Source: an uncultured virus (IMG/VR IMGVR_UViG_3300001335_000606) (Duplodnaviria > Heunggongvirae > Uroviricota > Caudoviricetes). From it: a stretch of 60,376 nucleotides of DNA. Positions 37,670 through 49,317 of this stretch are shown piece after piece; position 1 is the first letter of the stretch, and each line of letters starts with the position of its first letter. The stretch lies in the IMG/VR virus record IMGVR_UViG_3300001335_000606. The stretch is one strand, 5' to 3'. The notes beneath the pieces were generated by a model. It searched no databases. It worked only from the letters and a program-made list of their open reading frames with translations, and had not been told where the DNA came from. Made by a program: the position numbers and the translations under genes.

Positions 37670-39178
37670 ATGGCAGTTAAAAAATTTAAGATTGGTGATA
37701 TAAGGAATGGCACAGAAGTTTTACCACCCTAGCAAAGAAAGAAAATACTGTTTTTAAGCGATTTACATTTAAGACATAGTGGATTAGGTTCGCAAAAAAA
37801 GTAGATAATCTACGAAACCTGTCATAGATATAATTATATTGACATCGGTTATATGGAAGGAATGCAACCTAATGTTGATTATCCTGTATAGGATATGAGC
37901 AATAAATTAAGTTTATAGACTGGAGTCTAGAATGCAAGTTTAATAGTGAAGGCATACAATATATATGCTAATGAACCACCCAAAAAGCAACTTGCGTTAT
38001 TATAGTTTATAGAACAATTTAAACCTGATGCTCTATTTCATTTTACAGATCCTCATTCTTGGTATTGGATGTATGAAATAGAGCATTTAATTAGGTCTAA
38101 AATTCCTATTATTTATTATAACATTTGGGATAATCTTCCCTACCCTAAGTATAATGAAAGATTCTATTCTTGTTCCGATTTGATTATGAACATTTCCAAA
38201 CAAACACAGAACCTTGTCAATAATGTTTGCGTAAACTACAAGCGTGAGCCTTGGCAAACTAAATATGTCCCACATGGAATTAATATGGAAATGTTCAGAC
38301 CTTTAGGCAAAAATAATACAGAGTATAAGAGAGTACAATAGATAATTGGACGGGACAATTATGATTTCATATTTTTATTCGTGAATAAGAATATTGTCAG
38401 AAAACAAGCTGCTTTGATTATGTAGGCGTATAAGTATTTTGTTAATACTCATTTAACACCGTAGCAAAAGAAAAGAACTTGTCTGATTATGAAAACTTAG
38501 GTTATGTATGGGCCAGGTATGCCATTGAATATATATCAAAGTGATATTATACATGATAATTCCGTTAATATAAAATTCATAAGCCAAGGATTAAAACAAG
38601 AAGAGTTGGTAGCACTTTATAATTGTGCCGATTTCATTGTCTCCTATTCTACTGCGGAAGGATTTGGTCTTTCAACAGCTGAAGGACTTGCATGTGGAAA
38701 ACCTTTTATTGCTCCTGTAATAGGTGGTTTGCAAGATCAAATGGGATTTGAAGATTAGAATGGGAATTTATACGTCAATACTATCAAAGTTCCTTCAAAT
38801 TGTTTTGCTACTTATACTAAACATAAACCTTGGGTAATTCCCTTGTGGATGCAAGGTCAAGGTGTAACAGGTTCTATGCCCACACCCTATATTTATGAAA
38901 TGTTTTGTAAATTATAGCATTTAATTGAAGCCCTCAAAAAAGCATATTAGATGCCAAAAGAAGAAAGAGATAAAGTGGGATTAGAGGGTAGATAGTGGAT
39001 GCAAACGGAATAGGTTGGAATGACTGCTTCTAATATGGCAAAATTAATGATTGAAAACATAGATATATTATTTAAAAACTGGAAACCTAAAACTATGTAC
39101 AAGAAATTTCCTGGGGAACCAATAATTAAAGATAGTAATGCTGGTGCATATAATCCAGTAAAAAGAGTTTGGGAGTAA
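37670..39178 (+). CDS. GT-B fold glycosyltransferase (family 4-like)
   Basis: ILFLSD..SG, HFTDP, YVPHGIN, NKNIVRK, LYNCAD, AEGFGLSTAEGLACG. Confidence 0.9.
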
Positions 39179-39182
39179 CTTA

Positions 39183-40460
39183 ATGGAAGTTAAAAATATA
39201 GCAGTATTAGCACCTTTCACTTCTATCAGTGGATATGGCCAATATGGTCGAAATATAGCCTCATGTATAATTAAACAATATGGTAATTTGGAAAATTATA
39301 AGGTCTTTTTGTTTGATGTTGGTGGAGGAAGTATTAATGAATTATAGAAGTTTAACTTGGAAAATTCAACTTTTTTCAAGAACTTATTAGAATTTATTAC
39401 TCCGTTGGATCAGTTGTAGAAGGAGTTTTTTGATGTCTGTTTAACAGTTTCTGTTCCGCAAGCATTCGCTCAAAAGGGTTTATACAATATTGGCGTAACA
39501 GCTTTAGCAGAAGCAGATAAAGTTCACCCTAATCTGATTCAGCATTGTAATAGAATGGATGAAGTTTGGGTAATGTCTGAGTATAATGTTAATACATTAA
39601 AAAATTCAGTGTTTGTATTAAGATAGAATGAACAAAAGGTTCAAGTTAATATCCCTATTAAGGTAGTTCCACCATTTTTTCCAATGAATTAGAAAGATGC
39701 TTAGGAAAAACCACTCAATATAACGGATATAACAAATTATATTGATGATATCCCTCAATCATTTTTATTTGTATCTGTTGGTACTTGGTTGCCGGGATCT
39801 GTGGGTAATGATAGAAAAGATATTGGGGCTTTAATATCAGGCTTTATTAAAGCATTTCCAAATAATAAGGATATTGGTTTGCTGTTGAAGGTAGACCAAG
39901 GAAGATCAAGCATACTCTCAGAATATTCAATGAGATAGAAAATTAATCAGATTTATGATGGATTAGGTGAAAAATGCATTAATAATAATATTTATTTTAT
40001 TAGTGGAAATCTCACTTAGGAACAAATGCAGGAAATTTATGTTCACGATAAAGTTAAAACTTATTTATCATTTACTCACGGATAGTCCTTCGGTATTCCA
40101 ATTATGGAATTCTAGGGGTTAACAGGCAAACCTTTGTTAGTCCCTTATCATAGTGGAATGGTTTAGTATTTAAAACCAGAATATGTTGAAATTTTAATTC
40201 ATAAAGAAGTTAATGTACCGCAATAGCTTTTTAGAACCTTTATGCGGGACTTCTTTGTGCCAGAGTCCAAATGGTATACCGTAGATTATCAATATGCAAT
40301 TTTTAAAATGGCAGAATTGATAAAAAATTATGATTCTCTTAAAAAAAGATCAGAGCTGCAAAGGGAACATATAATATAGGAGTTTAATATAGATAAAGTT
40401 TCCTTAAAAATTAAAGAACTATTAGATGAACATTTAGTATAGGATGATACAATGGAGTGA
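39183..40460 (+). CDS. Second GT-B fold glycosyltransferase
   Basis: APFTSISGYG, NIGVTA, CNRMD, DRKD, FTHG*SFGIPIMEF. Confidence 0.88.
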
Positions 40461-41224
40461 GAAAACGAAGAGCAATACGAAGATCCGATTTCGGGAAAAG
40501 GGTTAATCAAAGATTGAAAAAGAAAGCACCAAGAAAACACAACCATAAAAAGTTAATATTCTAGAATAAGCAATATCGCTATGAGCAGGCTATACCTAAA
40601 TCTCATTTGCGTCCTGGAATGGTTGTATCTTTTCGCTATAGAGGGATTATGGTACACGACCCCACACCATTAGTTTTAGTATTAAATCAAGAGTGGGCAG
40701 GAAAATTACATGGAATTAATTTAAATTATTGTAATTATGCATAGATTATAAAAATTGCTGCTATGGTTAATAAAAAAATTAATGCTCGTGCTATAAAATT
40801 GGGCGAAAAATATAAAATGACTTCTCCAAGAGGTTTTTATCATATTCATTTGAAGCCTATACTTCAAAGAATGTCAAAGAGTATTTATAGAACATACTTT
40901 GTAAGGGGTATTAGCCAAACAAAACTTATGGATTATAAGTTTTCTGCAACACAAGGTAAAAATTCTTTGGTGTTTAATACTAAAGATGGAGTACTTCAAA
41001 CAAAGGTTACTAAAATTTAGCCTGAATAGGCAAAGAAAGTACGCAAAAAACCTAGAAAAGATCAAGTTAAAGTTGTTAGTTTAAATACTAAATCGAGACA
41101 AAAAGCTCCAATTGAAAGTGCAGTAAAATAGAATGATTTGACTGTTAAAAAAGCAAAAAGAAGAGCTGTTAGAAATGTAAAAACTATTCCTAACTCAATA
41201 ACACCGGCAATAAAGAAGGATTAA
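40457..41224 (+). CDS. Basic protein with T4 gp2 (DNA end protector)-like core
   Basis: PGMVVSFRY..HDPTPLVLVL..LHGINLNY..YRTY; GTGA overlap start. Confidence 0.55.
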
Positions 41225-41228
41225 ATTT

Positions 41229-42245
41229 ATGAATATAGGATTTCATTATTACATAACTAAAACTATTGCAAAATTAGCAGGATTTTCTTAGTATTATGCT
41301 CAGATTATTGCTTATGCATGCCAATATGTTGACTAGCAATATTAGTATAAACCAATGACAATTTACGATTTGCCAAGACTGAATTTTCCATAGAGAGTTC
41401 AGGGTCGCAATTTTGATCCTGTATGCACGTCACATAAAGGAATTGATAATATTCTCTATCACTTCTAGGATATAAGAAACAAAGTATTAGCCCCTTTTCA
41501 TTTTCCACCAGAAGGCAATGACTAGACTGGTACATTGCAATGGCAAACCAAAAGAAATTCAGCATTTGCCAGAGAAATGATAATTCAAACTTTTAATTAT
41601 TTGAATAGTGCTGAAACTTAGTAGGAAGCAGAATATGCTTTGATTAAATTAGGAATAGCATTACATACCTTTTAGGATTCCTTTGCTCATTAGGGTTTTT
41701 CTGCCCAAAATAATGAGGAACATAATGGAATTTTATTTGGTGTTCCCTTTGTAAATGGTAAATTTAAGATTATTCCCCCCGTTACTAAATTGTTAGGAAC
41801 ATCGGGGTATAATATAGGACATGGTCAACTATATACTTTTCCCGATACATTTAATACAATTTTAGCATATCTTTCATCTTATAATAAAAATGCAAAGTTT
41901 TCTCATAATAATTCTAAATTTTGTTAGGGGGCTTAGGCGGTATTTTATCTTTTAAAAGGATTTGTTAAAGGTGCTTAGGAAATTTGGAATTAGAATGCAA
42001 CTAAAATCTTGAATGTTCTGTCATATCAACCTAATAATTCTAACCTTTATTACAAACAATTTCATAAAGAATTTCCTGGGTATCATTATTATTATGATAG
42101 TAATTTATGGAAAAGAATGGCAATTAAAGAACATATGCCTGGGATATATTTTTATAATGGGGATACAAAATGGTTTATGTTTAATAAGGCAGCTTATTAG
42201 CAACGAATGGCAATGCAATCGTGGATCTAGGAGGGTGCAATATGA
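41229..42245 (+). CDS. DUF6765-like / phospholipase C-P1 nuclease-like metal-binding protein
   Basis: MNIGFHYY..AGF..QYVD, FHF, LGIALHTF*DSFAH*GFS, IGH..PD. Confidence 0.65.
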
Positions 42246-42577
42246 AATTAATAGATAATCAATATATTGCTGCCACAATTTATACAAAGAAAAAGAAAGT
42301 AACCTATTTTGATTTTCTTAGTAGAGCTTTTAATACATTTGTTATAAAGGCAATCAAAGATCAAATTAAACAAAACAAATAGCAAGATTTGAAATTTTTG
42401 AAGTTCCGCAAACAAGGTGAAAAGGTGATATAGAGTATTCCCACCTTTGCCTTTAGATACAAAAGTACCGAAATATATCTAAATTTATAGTTATTTTTAG
42501 TATGCATTAGGTCAATAACTTTTCCCTTTAATGTAAATGTTTGGTTCATTAGACATTGGAAACTATCCAGAAGGTAA
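42242..42577 (+). CDS. Hypothetical protein
   Basis: GGAGG SD; ATGA overlap; ends TAA. Confidence 0.6.
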
Positions 42578-42578
42578 T

Positions 42579-42872
42579 ATGTCAGCACTATTTGCTCCCA
42601 AAGAAGAATTAATTATTGCTATTCAATTATAGTAGCCTACAGAATTTGAAGACCCAAAAAGTGGATAGAAATTTTTTGGTCAAATAGGTGATTGGAAAGT
42701 TTATGATGAACAGGGAAATATATTCTTAATTAATTATTTTTAGTTCGCACATAGATATAAACCATATAATGATGAAGCATTTGAATTATATGCTAAAAAA
42801 TAGGAAGTTTATTCAAAAAGAGGGAAATACTTTAAATAGTTGAGAAAAGAGATTAAATCAGGAGATCAATAA
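42579..42872 (+). CDS. Hypothetical protein (PGDYG-like motif)
   Basis: GQIGDWKVYDEQG..F..RY pattern. Confidence 0.55.
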
Positions 42873-42882
42873 AAAATAACTA

Positions 42883-43347
42883 ATGTATTATTTGATATAT
42901 AAAATAATTAATACAATTAACGGAAAGGTTTATATAGGTAAGCATTAGACAAAAGATAAATTTGATGGATATTTTGGAAGCGGTATATATCTAAATCGAG
43001 CTATTAAAAAATACGGTAAGTAGTGTTTCACATATTAGATATTACTATAGTGTTAGTCACGATAGGAAATGAATGACAAAGAACGAGAAATAGTTAATGA
43101 AAGTTTTTTAAGGAAATCAAATAATTACAATCTAAACATTGGGGGGCATGGTGGATGGCATTATGTTAATTCAACTGGTAAGAATATTCACCATACTAGT
43201 ACACCCTGTTCTGAATAGAAAAAGAAAAAGTTATCCTAGTCAAATAAAGGTCAAATTAGATCTGAATAGATTATTAGAATTGTAGCATAGAAAAACAGAG
43301 GTAGAAAAGCAACACAATAGCATAAAGATAAAATATCAAAATCATAA
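42883..43347 (+). CDS. GIY-YIG (Seg-like) homing endonuclease with NUMOD3-like repeats; C-terminus frameshifted
   Basis: LIYKIIN..KVYIGKH..YFGSG..AIKKYG..E..YNLNIGG; repeat continues in another frame at 43343-43498. Confidence 0.88.
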
Positions 43348-43500
43348 ACAAACATAGTAGCATAAAAATAAAGCTAGATAGTCTAGACGCAATAGAACTA
43401 AAGAACGACAACTTTAGATTAATAAAAAAATGTCGTTAATACGAAGATAGTATTTAGCAAAAAAAGCAAATAATAATATTATCTTAAAGGGGGTATAAAA

Positions 43501-44523
43501 ATAGCTTAGACCAGAGATTTAATAGTAAGAGCAAAAGATGCAGATGGCACCAAATCTTATATAAGGATTGGGGATTAGACACCCAGTAGTGCTGGTGCAA
43601 CTGGTTCCACTATATAGTTTTTGCAAGATTTAAGTAGTATTGAAAGCACATTTGACAATACTAGCCATTCTGCCTTTAGAATTAGGCATGATACTATATA
43701 GGGGAGGTTATATTTTGAAAGCAAAACTGGTAGTGTTGGTGACCCTGGTACTCCCAACATTTTAATGATATTATAGGATTAGTAGAATACCGTAGAATTC
43801 CCTGGTGTCGTGCAATTTGATACTATTTAGTTTTAGTAGATTACTGGAAGCTATTTGTATATTGGAACAAGTTCACAATTAATGGGAACTACTAGCGTTT
43901 AGTTATTGCAAGGGTCTTCGTAGGGACAAGGATTAATAATACAAGACGGCATAATTAGATTATGTACAGGTTCTACCTCAGCTAGCATTTATATTGATTA
44001 GTTGGGTGGATTAAATTTCGATACTAATACATAGCAAGCATTTCAATTAATTGATGGGATTCTCATTTTAGGCGATTCTACTACCGCTTCACTTGTTTAT
44101 AGTGGTGGTAATTTTATTCAAACTGATAGGGGGATAATGTTTGGTTAGGATCAGACATTATCATTTACAACCTCTTTGGGAACTGCTTCTATTTGGTATG
44201 ATGGCACTTAGATGCATATAGATGGGTTTACATCTGGAGGAAATAGCTGGAAAACTGAATATAAATTAACTGGATCCCTTGTAGCGGACACCCCCTATAC
44301 AATTTTCACCGAAAGTGATTCCCAAACTATATAGCATTATCCCTATCTAGCTGTGTTTTTAAACGGAGATATGCTAATTCAGAGTTCTTCGACCACACAA
44401 TATTAGCATTGGGATTATAAGGATGGTGGGAATAGTTCTTCAATTCAATTTAGATATAATATTCCATATTCTGCATAGGACTAGTTCTATCTTGCATATG
44501 TTTATAATGGTGGTAGCGTATGA
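43501..44523 (+). CDS. Virion structural / tail-associated protein, apparent ATA start
   Basis: Open frame from 43477 with no ATG/GTG/TTG for ~90 codons; GGGGG SD then ATA GCT; Thr/Gly/Ser-rich. Confidence 0.6.
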
Positions 44524-45371
44524 GTATTATTATTACTGGAGGTGTTAGGGTTAAAGATGGAATAGCATTTAACGGGACTACATTTGCATATTAGCAAGAA
44601 ACACTTGATTATTAGACAAGAGTACTTTCAGATAGTGGTTATATTCAAGATTTAAATGTTGTAAACGATTATTATCTGTATCTCAATAACAACAATTTAT
44701 AGTCAAATGTGAAGTTTCTCACATCTTACGATTGTGGTATTAAAACAGCTTCGTCAAAAGTGACTATGATGTATGATTTGAGTAATAACGATGCTGATAT
44801 TGGTCAAGCAGGAGGTTCCACAGTACAACCTACATTGCAATCTGTAGGAATGTATTTTGATGGTGGGGACACTTTGACAAGAAGTACTGTGGTATTAGGA
44901 ACTTCTGCTTCCTTTGTTGTTTGGTACAGCGGAAGTGGGGCAGGTACGGGAATGATTTGGAATCATCCTTGTGATGGATATATCACATATTTTGATTTGT
45001 GGTGGTATCCTAACTCTCCATGGACATTATATATGAATACGGGAGATGGTGGTGGCAATCCATTCAAAAAAGTATCAGATGGACAAAATGTCACAAAGAC
45101 AGATATTCCTAATGGTTATTGGAATCAATTTGCTGTTATATTATAGGGTTCTTAGGGAATCAATAAAGCATTATTATATTTAGATGGGCAATTATATGCT
45201 AGTGCTTCATACCGAAATCCAAGTTCGACGCAATAGAGAAGCTTTGGTCTAGGTGGTCATCCAAACTATAAAATAACAGGACTTATAGGAGAAATGGCAA
45301 TATTCAATATAACACTAAGTGCAGGTCAGATATCAGATTTTTATGATTTGACAAAGGGGAAATATTAGTAA
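44520..45371 (+). CDS. Tail-associated protein with LamG/concanavalin-like domain
   Basis: MYDLSNN, YFDGGD, WNQFAV, LYLDG, G.IGEMAIFNITLS. Confidence 0.75.
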
Positions 45372-45373
45372 TT

Positions 45374-47326
45374 ATGGCAGTTGCTACATGTAGCTATTTA
45401 ATTAATACATCTTATACAAGAGTGACATTAACGGGAACAGGCGGAGACACATCTTCTTTGCATGAATTGTATTAGACAGTGCATGGTCAATATCCTGAAG
45501 TTATGTCATATACATAGTCAACACAAACTTATCATCTTCATTTAGTTAGTGGATCATATGCATATCTTGCAATGAATGCGGGTACTGTCCTTCTAATTCC
45601 AACAGGATCAACCTTTATTCATGATGGAATAGCTTCTGCAACGGCAGGGACACCAGTTTTTTATACTTATGGCGGTAGCAAATTAATTTGTGGTTCGGGT
45701 TCTACTATACAGTTTAGTTCTGGTGGGGGATATGTGTATTTTTACGGATAGGTTGAAGCTATTGGAACAGCATAGCATCCTATCACGATGTCTAATTTCC
45801 GTACAATAAATGTGTATGGTACATATATTACAGATTAGAAGATATTTTAGTTTGTTAATTTCAAAAATTGTACCTATTATGCGGGATGTTTTTTGTATTT
45901 TTCACAATATAATCAACCATCTGCACCTCAGATGATTTTTAATAATATAACTATGAGTAATGACAGTTCTAATAGATACGGTTATGGATTGTATTTTCTT
46001 GCAGGAGGTATGTATTAGAATGTTAAAATTGATGGAGTGTTTTGTTCTGGAGTATATAGGGGTGCCCTTATAAATGGTTCTTCAGTGAAATTAAAAAATG
46101 GAAAATTTACCGACATTGATTACCCACAAGTTATAGCGTGTTTGGGAGGGGGAAATGTTGTAAGTGCTACATATTAGACCACAAAAAATGATAATACATT
46201 TCCAACTGGTAGATTTCAATCTATGGTTGTTTTAGAAAATTTAACATTTGATGATTTAGATTCTACTTCAGACTATGCAATTACAGCATATTACAACTCT
46301 TTGGCGTATGTTAAAGGATGCACTTTTTCTGCTACTGGCGGAACTCCGGCTTATAGGGGAATATACACTTCAAATGGTTCGGTTGTTATTGAAAATGATA
46401 ATGATTGGACAGATTTATTATCTAATTCTTCCAGAAAGGTGTGGAACGCTGAAGGAACAATTTTGCATGGCCATGAATTTGAGTTTGTAGTATTAGATGA
46501 AGAAGAATCCCCAGTAAATTAGGCAATGGTTTCTATTATCCAAAAATCCACACCTTCAAAATAGCGTTGGGTTGGTTTAACAAATTAGGATGGTAAGCTA
46601 TTTAATGTGTTTGGTGATAATCCAGTATTGATTGAAAAAGAGGAATATAGTTTAGATAATAGCCAAAGCTGGGCAGTTCAAACGGTAATAAATGGAGATG
46701 TTTAGTTATATTAGGCAACTTCTGGATATAATGGTGATTATCATTGGATGGGATTTAGTGCTACATTAGATTATTCTGGAAGTTTAAAGTTATATTGTTT
46801 TTCAACTGGTAGTGGGTTTAATTCTTCTGGTACAGTTTCATTGGGAAAAGCTAATACCGATGGCAGTAATTATGAAACAATTTCTACTGTTATTAAGAAT
46901 GCAGAAGATCAATATGTTATATTGGAAAATGTGGAATTAGAAGCAGGAAGCTATTATTTTATTGGCCATACCGATGGATATTGGAGAGATACAACATATA
47001 ATTACAGACCAATAATAACTCCCGCAATAACAATTGATAAAAGTAGCTATAATTTAGCAGATATGCTAACAGGGACATCCCATGCATCAGGTACTTATGG
47101 ATTTGGAAAAATAGAATTTTTAACTTAGTTTGAACAAGATGAAATGGGACACACATTAGTTGTTGGTAAATAGGGGTATGCGATATATTCACAAGATATT
47201 ATCTTTACACAATCTTATACGGGGAGCAATGCAATAACTGTTAGCTTGTCACTTCCCCATGAAGGTGGAACTTCAAGTCAAGGCACAAACCCAGGCATAT
47301 AGATAGGATAGGGAATAGCATTTTGA
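45374..47326 (+). CDS. Tail spike/fibre-like protein with probable beta-helix (~650 aa)
   Basis: Continuous frame; Asn/Gly/Thr-rich beta-repeat character. Confidence 0.6.
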
Positions 47327-47349
47327 TATGAAAAAGGAAGTTAATAATT

Positions 47350-47658
47350 ATGGCAGAGTATAATGGAATTAGAATACCAATTTGGCAAGTTGAAACGCCA
47401 TCTTTTGATATAAATACAGTGACCCATTATATTACAATAACCTGTGACACGCCAGATGCAATAATAAGATATTAGATGGCTTAGGCAACTCCTCCTATGG
47501 TCTCTGTACCTTTCGACCCCACAGAATAGAGTAGGCAATATGGATCCCCTATTTCCTATGACTATACTAAGAATGTTGCAATAAAAGCTAAAGCTTGGAA
47601 ATCCCCAATGATTCCCAGTAATGTTGCTACGGAAACTATAGAGGCAACTAAAGCATGA
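47350..47658 (+). CDS. Fn3-associated / chitobiase C-terminal-like Ig-fold protein
   Basis: VETPSF..ITITCDTPDAIIRY..DPTE*S..Y..PI..IKAKAWK..PSNVA. Confidence 0.7.
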
Positions 47659-48512
47659 TTACGGGACTTAGAATTTCACAAAATAGCATCCCAGGATATT
47701 ATGGGTTTAAATTAAGTGGATATTAGCAAGAAACACTTGCTTATTAGACAAGAGTTTTAGCCGATGGTGGGGTTGTTAGTGATTTGGCATTAGTGGATGA
47801 AGATTTCAAGCTTTTTAAAGGTTAGGGTCTAATTCCTTATCATATGGTTATTTCATACGGTGGATATTTAACATATAGTACAGATTATGTAAAAAAAGCA
47901 TATGCTTTATATGGTTTGGATGTTAGACCTGATGTTTTAACTGATATTAATTACATGCCATATTATAGTTCAAGTGGGGCATTAAATAATATATCTTCGT
48001 TTGATTATTGGCACCAATCTTCAGGTTTGAAAGTTTAGTATGCACAAGTATTAACTTAGCCTTTTTAGGTATTTAATGTTTTAGGGGCATCTAGAGATGG
48101 AAATGTAGGGGCAACAACAAATTATGTATTTGATGCTGTTGATGGTACTAATAGAGTTTTAACTTATAAAACCAGTACAACTAATGCAAGATTTTGGGGA
48201 TTGGGTGGTCAATATATCATATCAACTACAACTGCTCCTTTTGCTACTGCTTCTTGTTATTCGGCATTAGCTAGTGGTTCTACGTCTAAAATATATATAA
48301 ATGGAGTATAGGATGCTTCAGGGCAAGTTGGAAGCAGTACAAATTATTTTGGGGGTATAACCATAGGTAAAAGATATGCTCAATCAGGTGCATATCAATC
48401 TTATAAAGGTGAAATATACGTAACAATAGTATTTACAGCTTCATTAACCACAAATCAAAGAACGAGTTTATGCCAATATTTTGGAAATAGATTTGGAATA
48501 ACAATATCATAA
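47655..48512 (+). CDS. Tail-associated lectin-fold protein, paralogous N-terminus to 44520 gene
   Basis: Shared Y*QETLxY*TRVL segment; IYING, IG..Y.GEIY C-terminal pattern. Confidence 0.65.
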
Positions 48513-48533
48513 ACAAGGAAATAATCAATAATA

Positions 48534-49010
48534 ATGAGTTTATCAATTGGCAAAGGAATTAAGCTATACTAGGGATTAAGCGTAGGAACTTAGCAGATTG
48601 GCATAGTATAGACTAGATTATTTACAATTCAAAATATATTATGGAGTGTTAAGTGGAGACATGTAGAGGGCGAATTTGAGGGGCATCCTCAGATTCAAGC
48701 CGAATATGATTGTGCCTAGTATAAAAATAATTATTGGCTTGTTCTTAGAGATGATAATTTTGCTTATGTCTATCAGAGACTTAATGGGTTTGGTAACTTT
48801 AAAGGTGATCTTCAAAACCTTCTAGTATATACATATAATCTGCAATCATACAATGGCCAGAAATCTTGTTTAATAGATGCAAAAGTAGATTTTTATAGGG
48901 ATGATCATCGTTAGATAACCATATACAATTAGGGAAATGAATCAAAATTTTTTTATAAAGAGGACAGTTATTATTAGAATGTAATTTAGTTAGCACTTGA
49001 TAATTAGTAA
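48534..49010 (+). CDS. Hypothetical virion-associated protein
   Basis: MSLSIGKGIKL N-terminus resembles neighbours; open through TAG to TAA. Confidence 0.6.
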
Positions 49011-49014
49011 TATA

Positions 49015-49291
49015 TAGAGTGAATAAAGTCCAAGAGAGAGATAAGATAGTCCGATCTATATGGAAACATATAGCTAACATAAATGTTTTGCTGATCGCAT
49101 TGGATTAACAACAGCATAGTCCCTTATAACTGGATGAATTCGGTGAAACTCTGACCAGATAATGTTGAAGACAATACCGAGCCAAGCCATAGACCATTCT
49201 ATGGAAGGTGTAGAGACTACTGGAGGCAAAATGGGTTGCCTTAATAACCAGCTTGAGCGTCCAGCTACTTTCTTGGACTTTTAACACTCTA
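49015..49291 (+). ncRNA. Circularly permuted group I intron-like ribozyme (IA-like core, opened in P8)
   Basis: Order S-P9-omegaG-P1-P-Q-R-P7.1-P3'-P8; P1, P3, P4, P6a, P7, P7.1, P8, P9 and P9.0 can all be base-paired. Confidence 0.85.
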
Positions 49292-49317
49292 AAATTTTAG
49301 GAGATATACCATATCCG

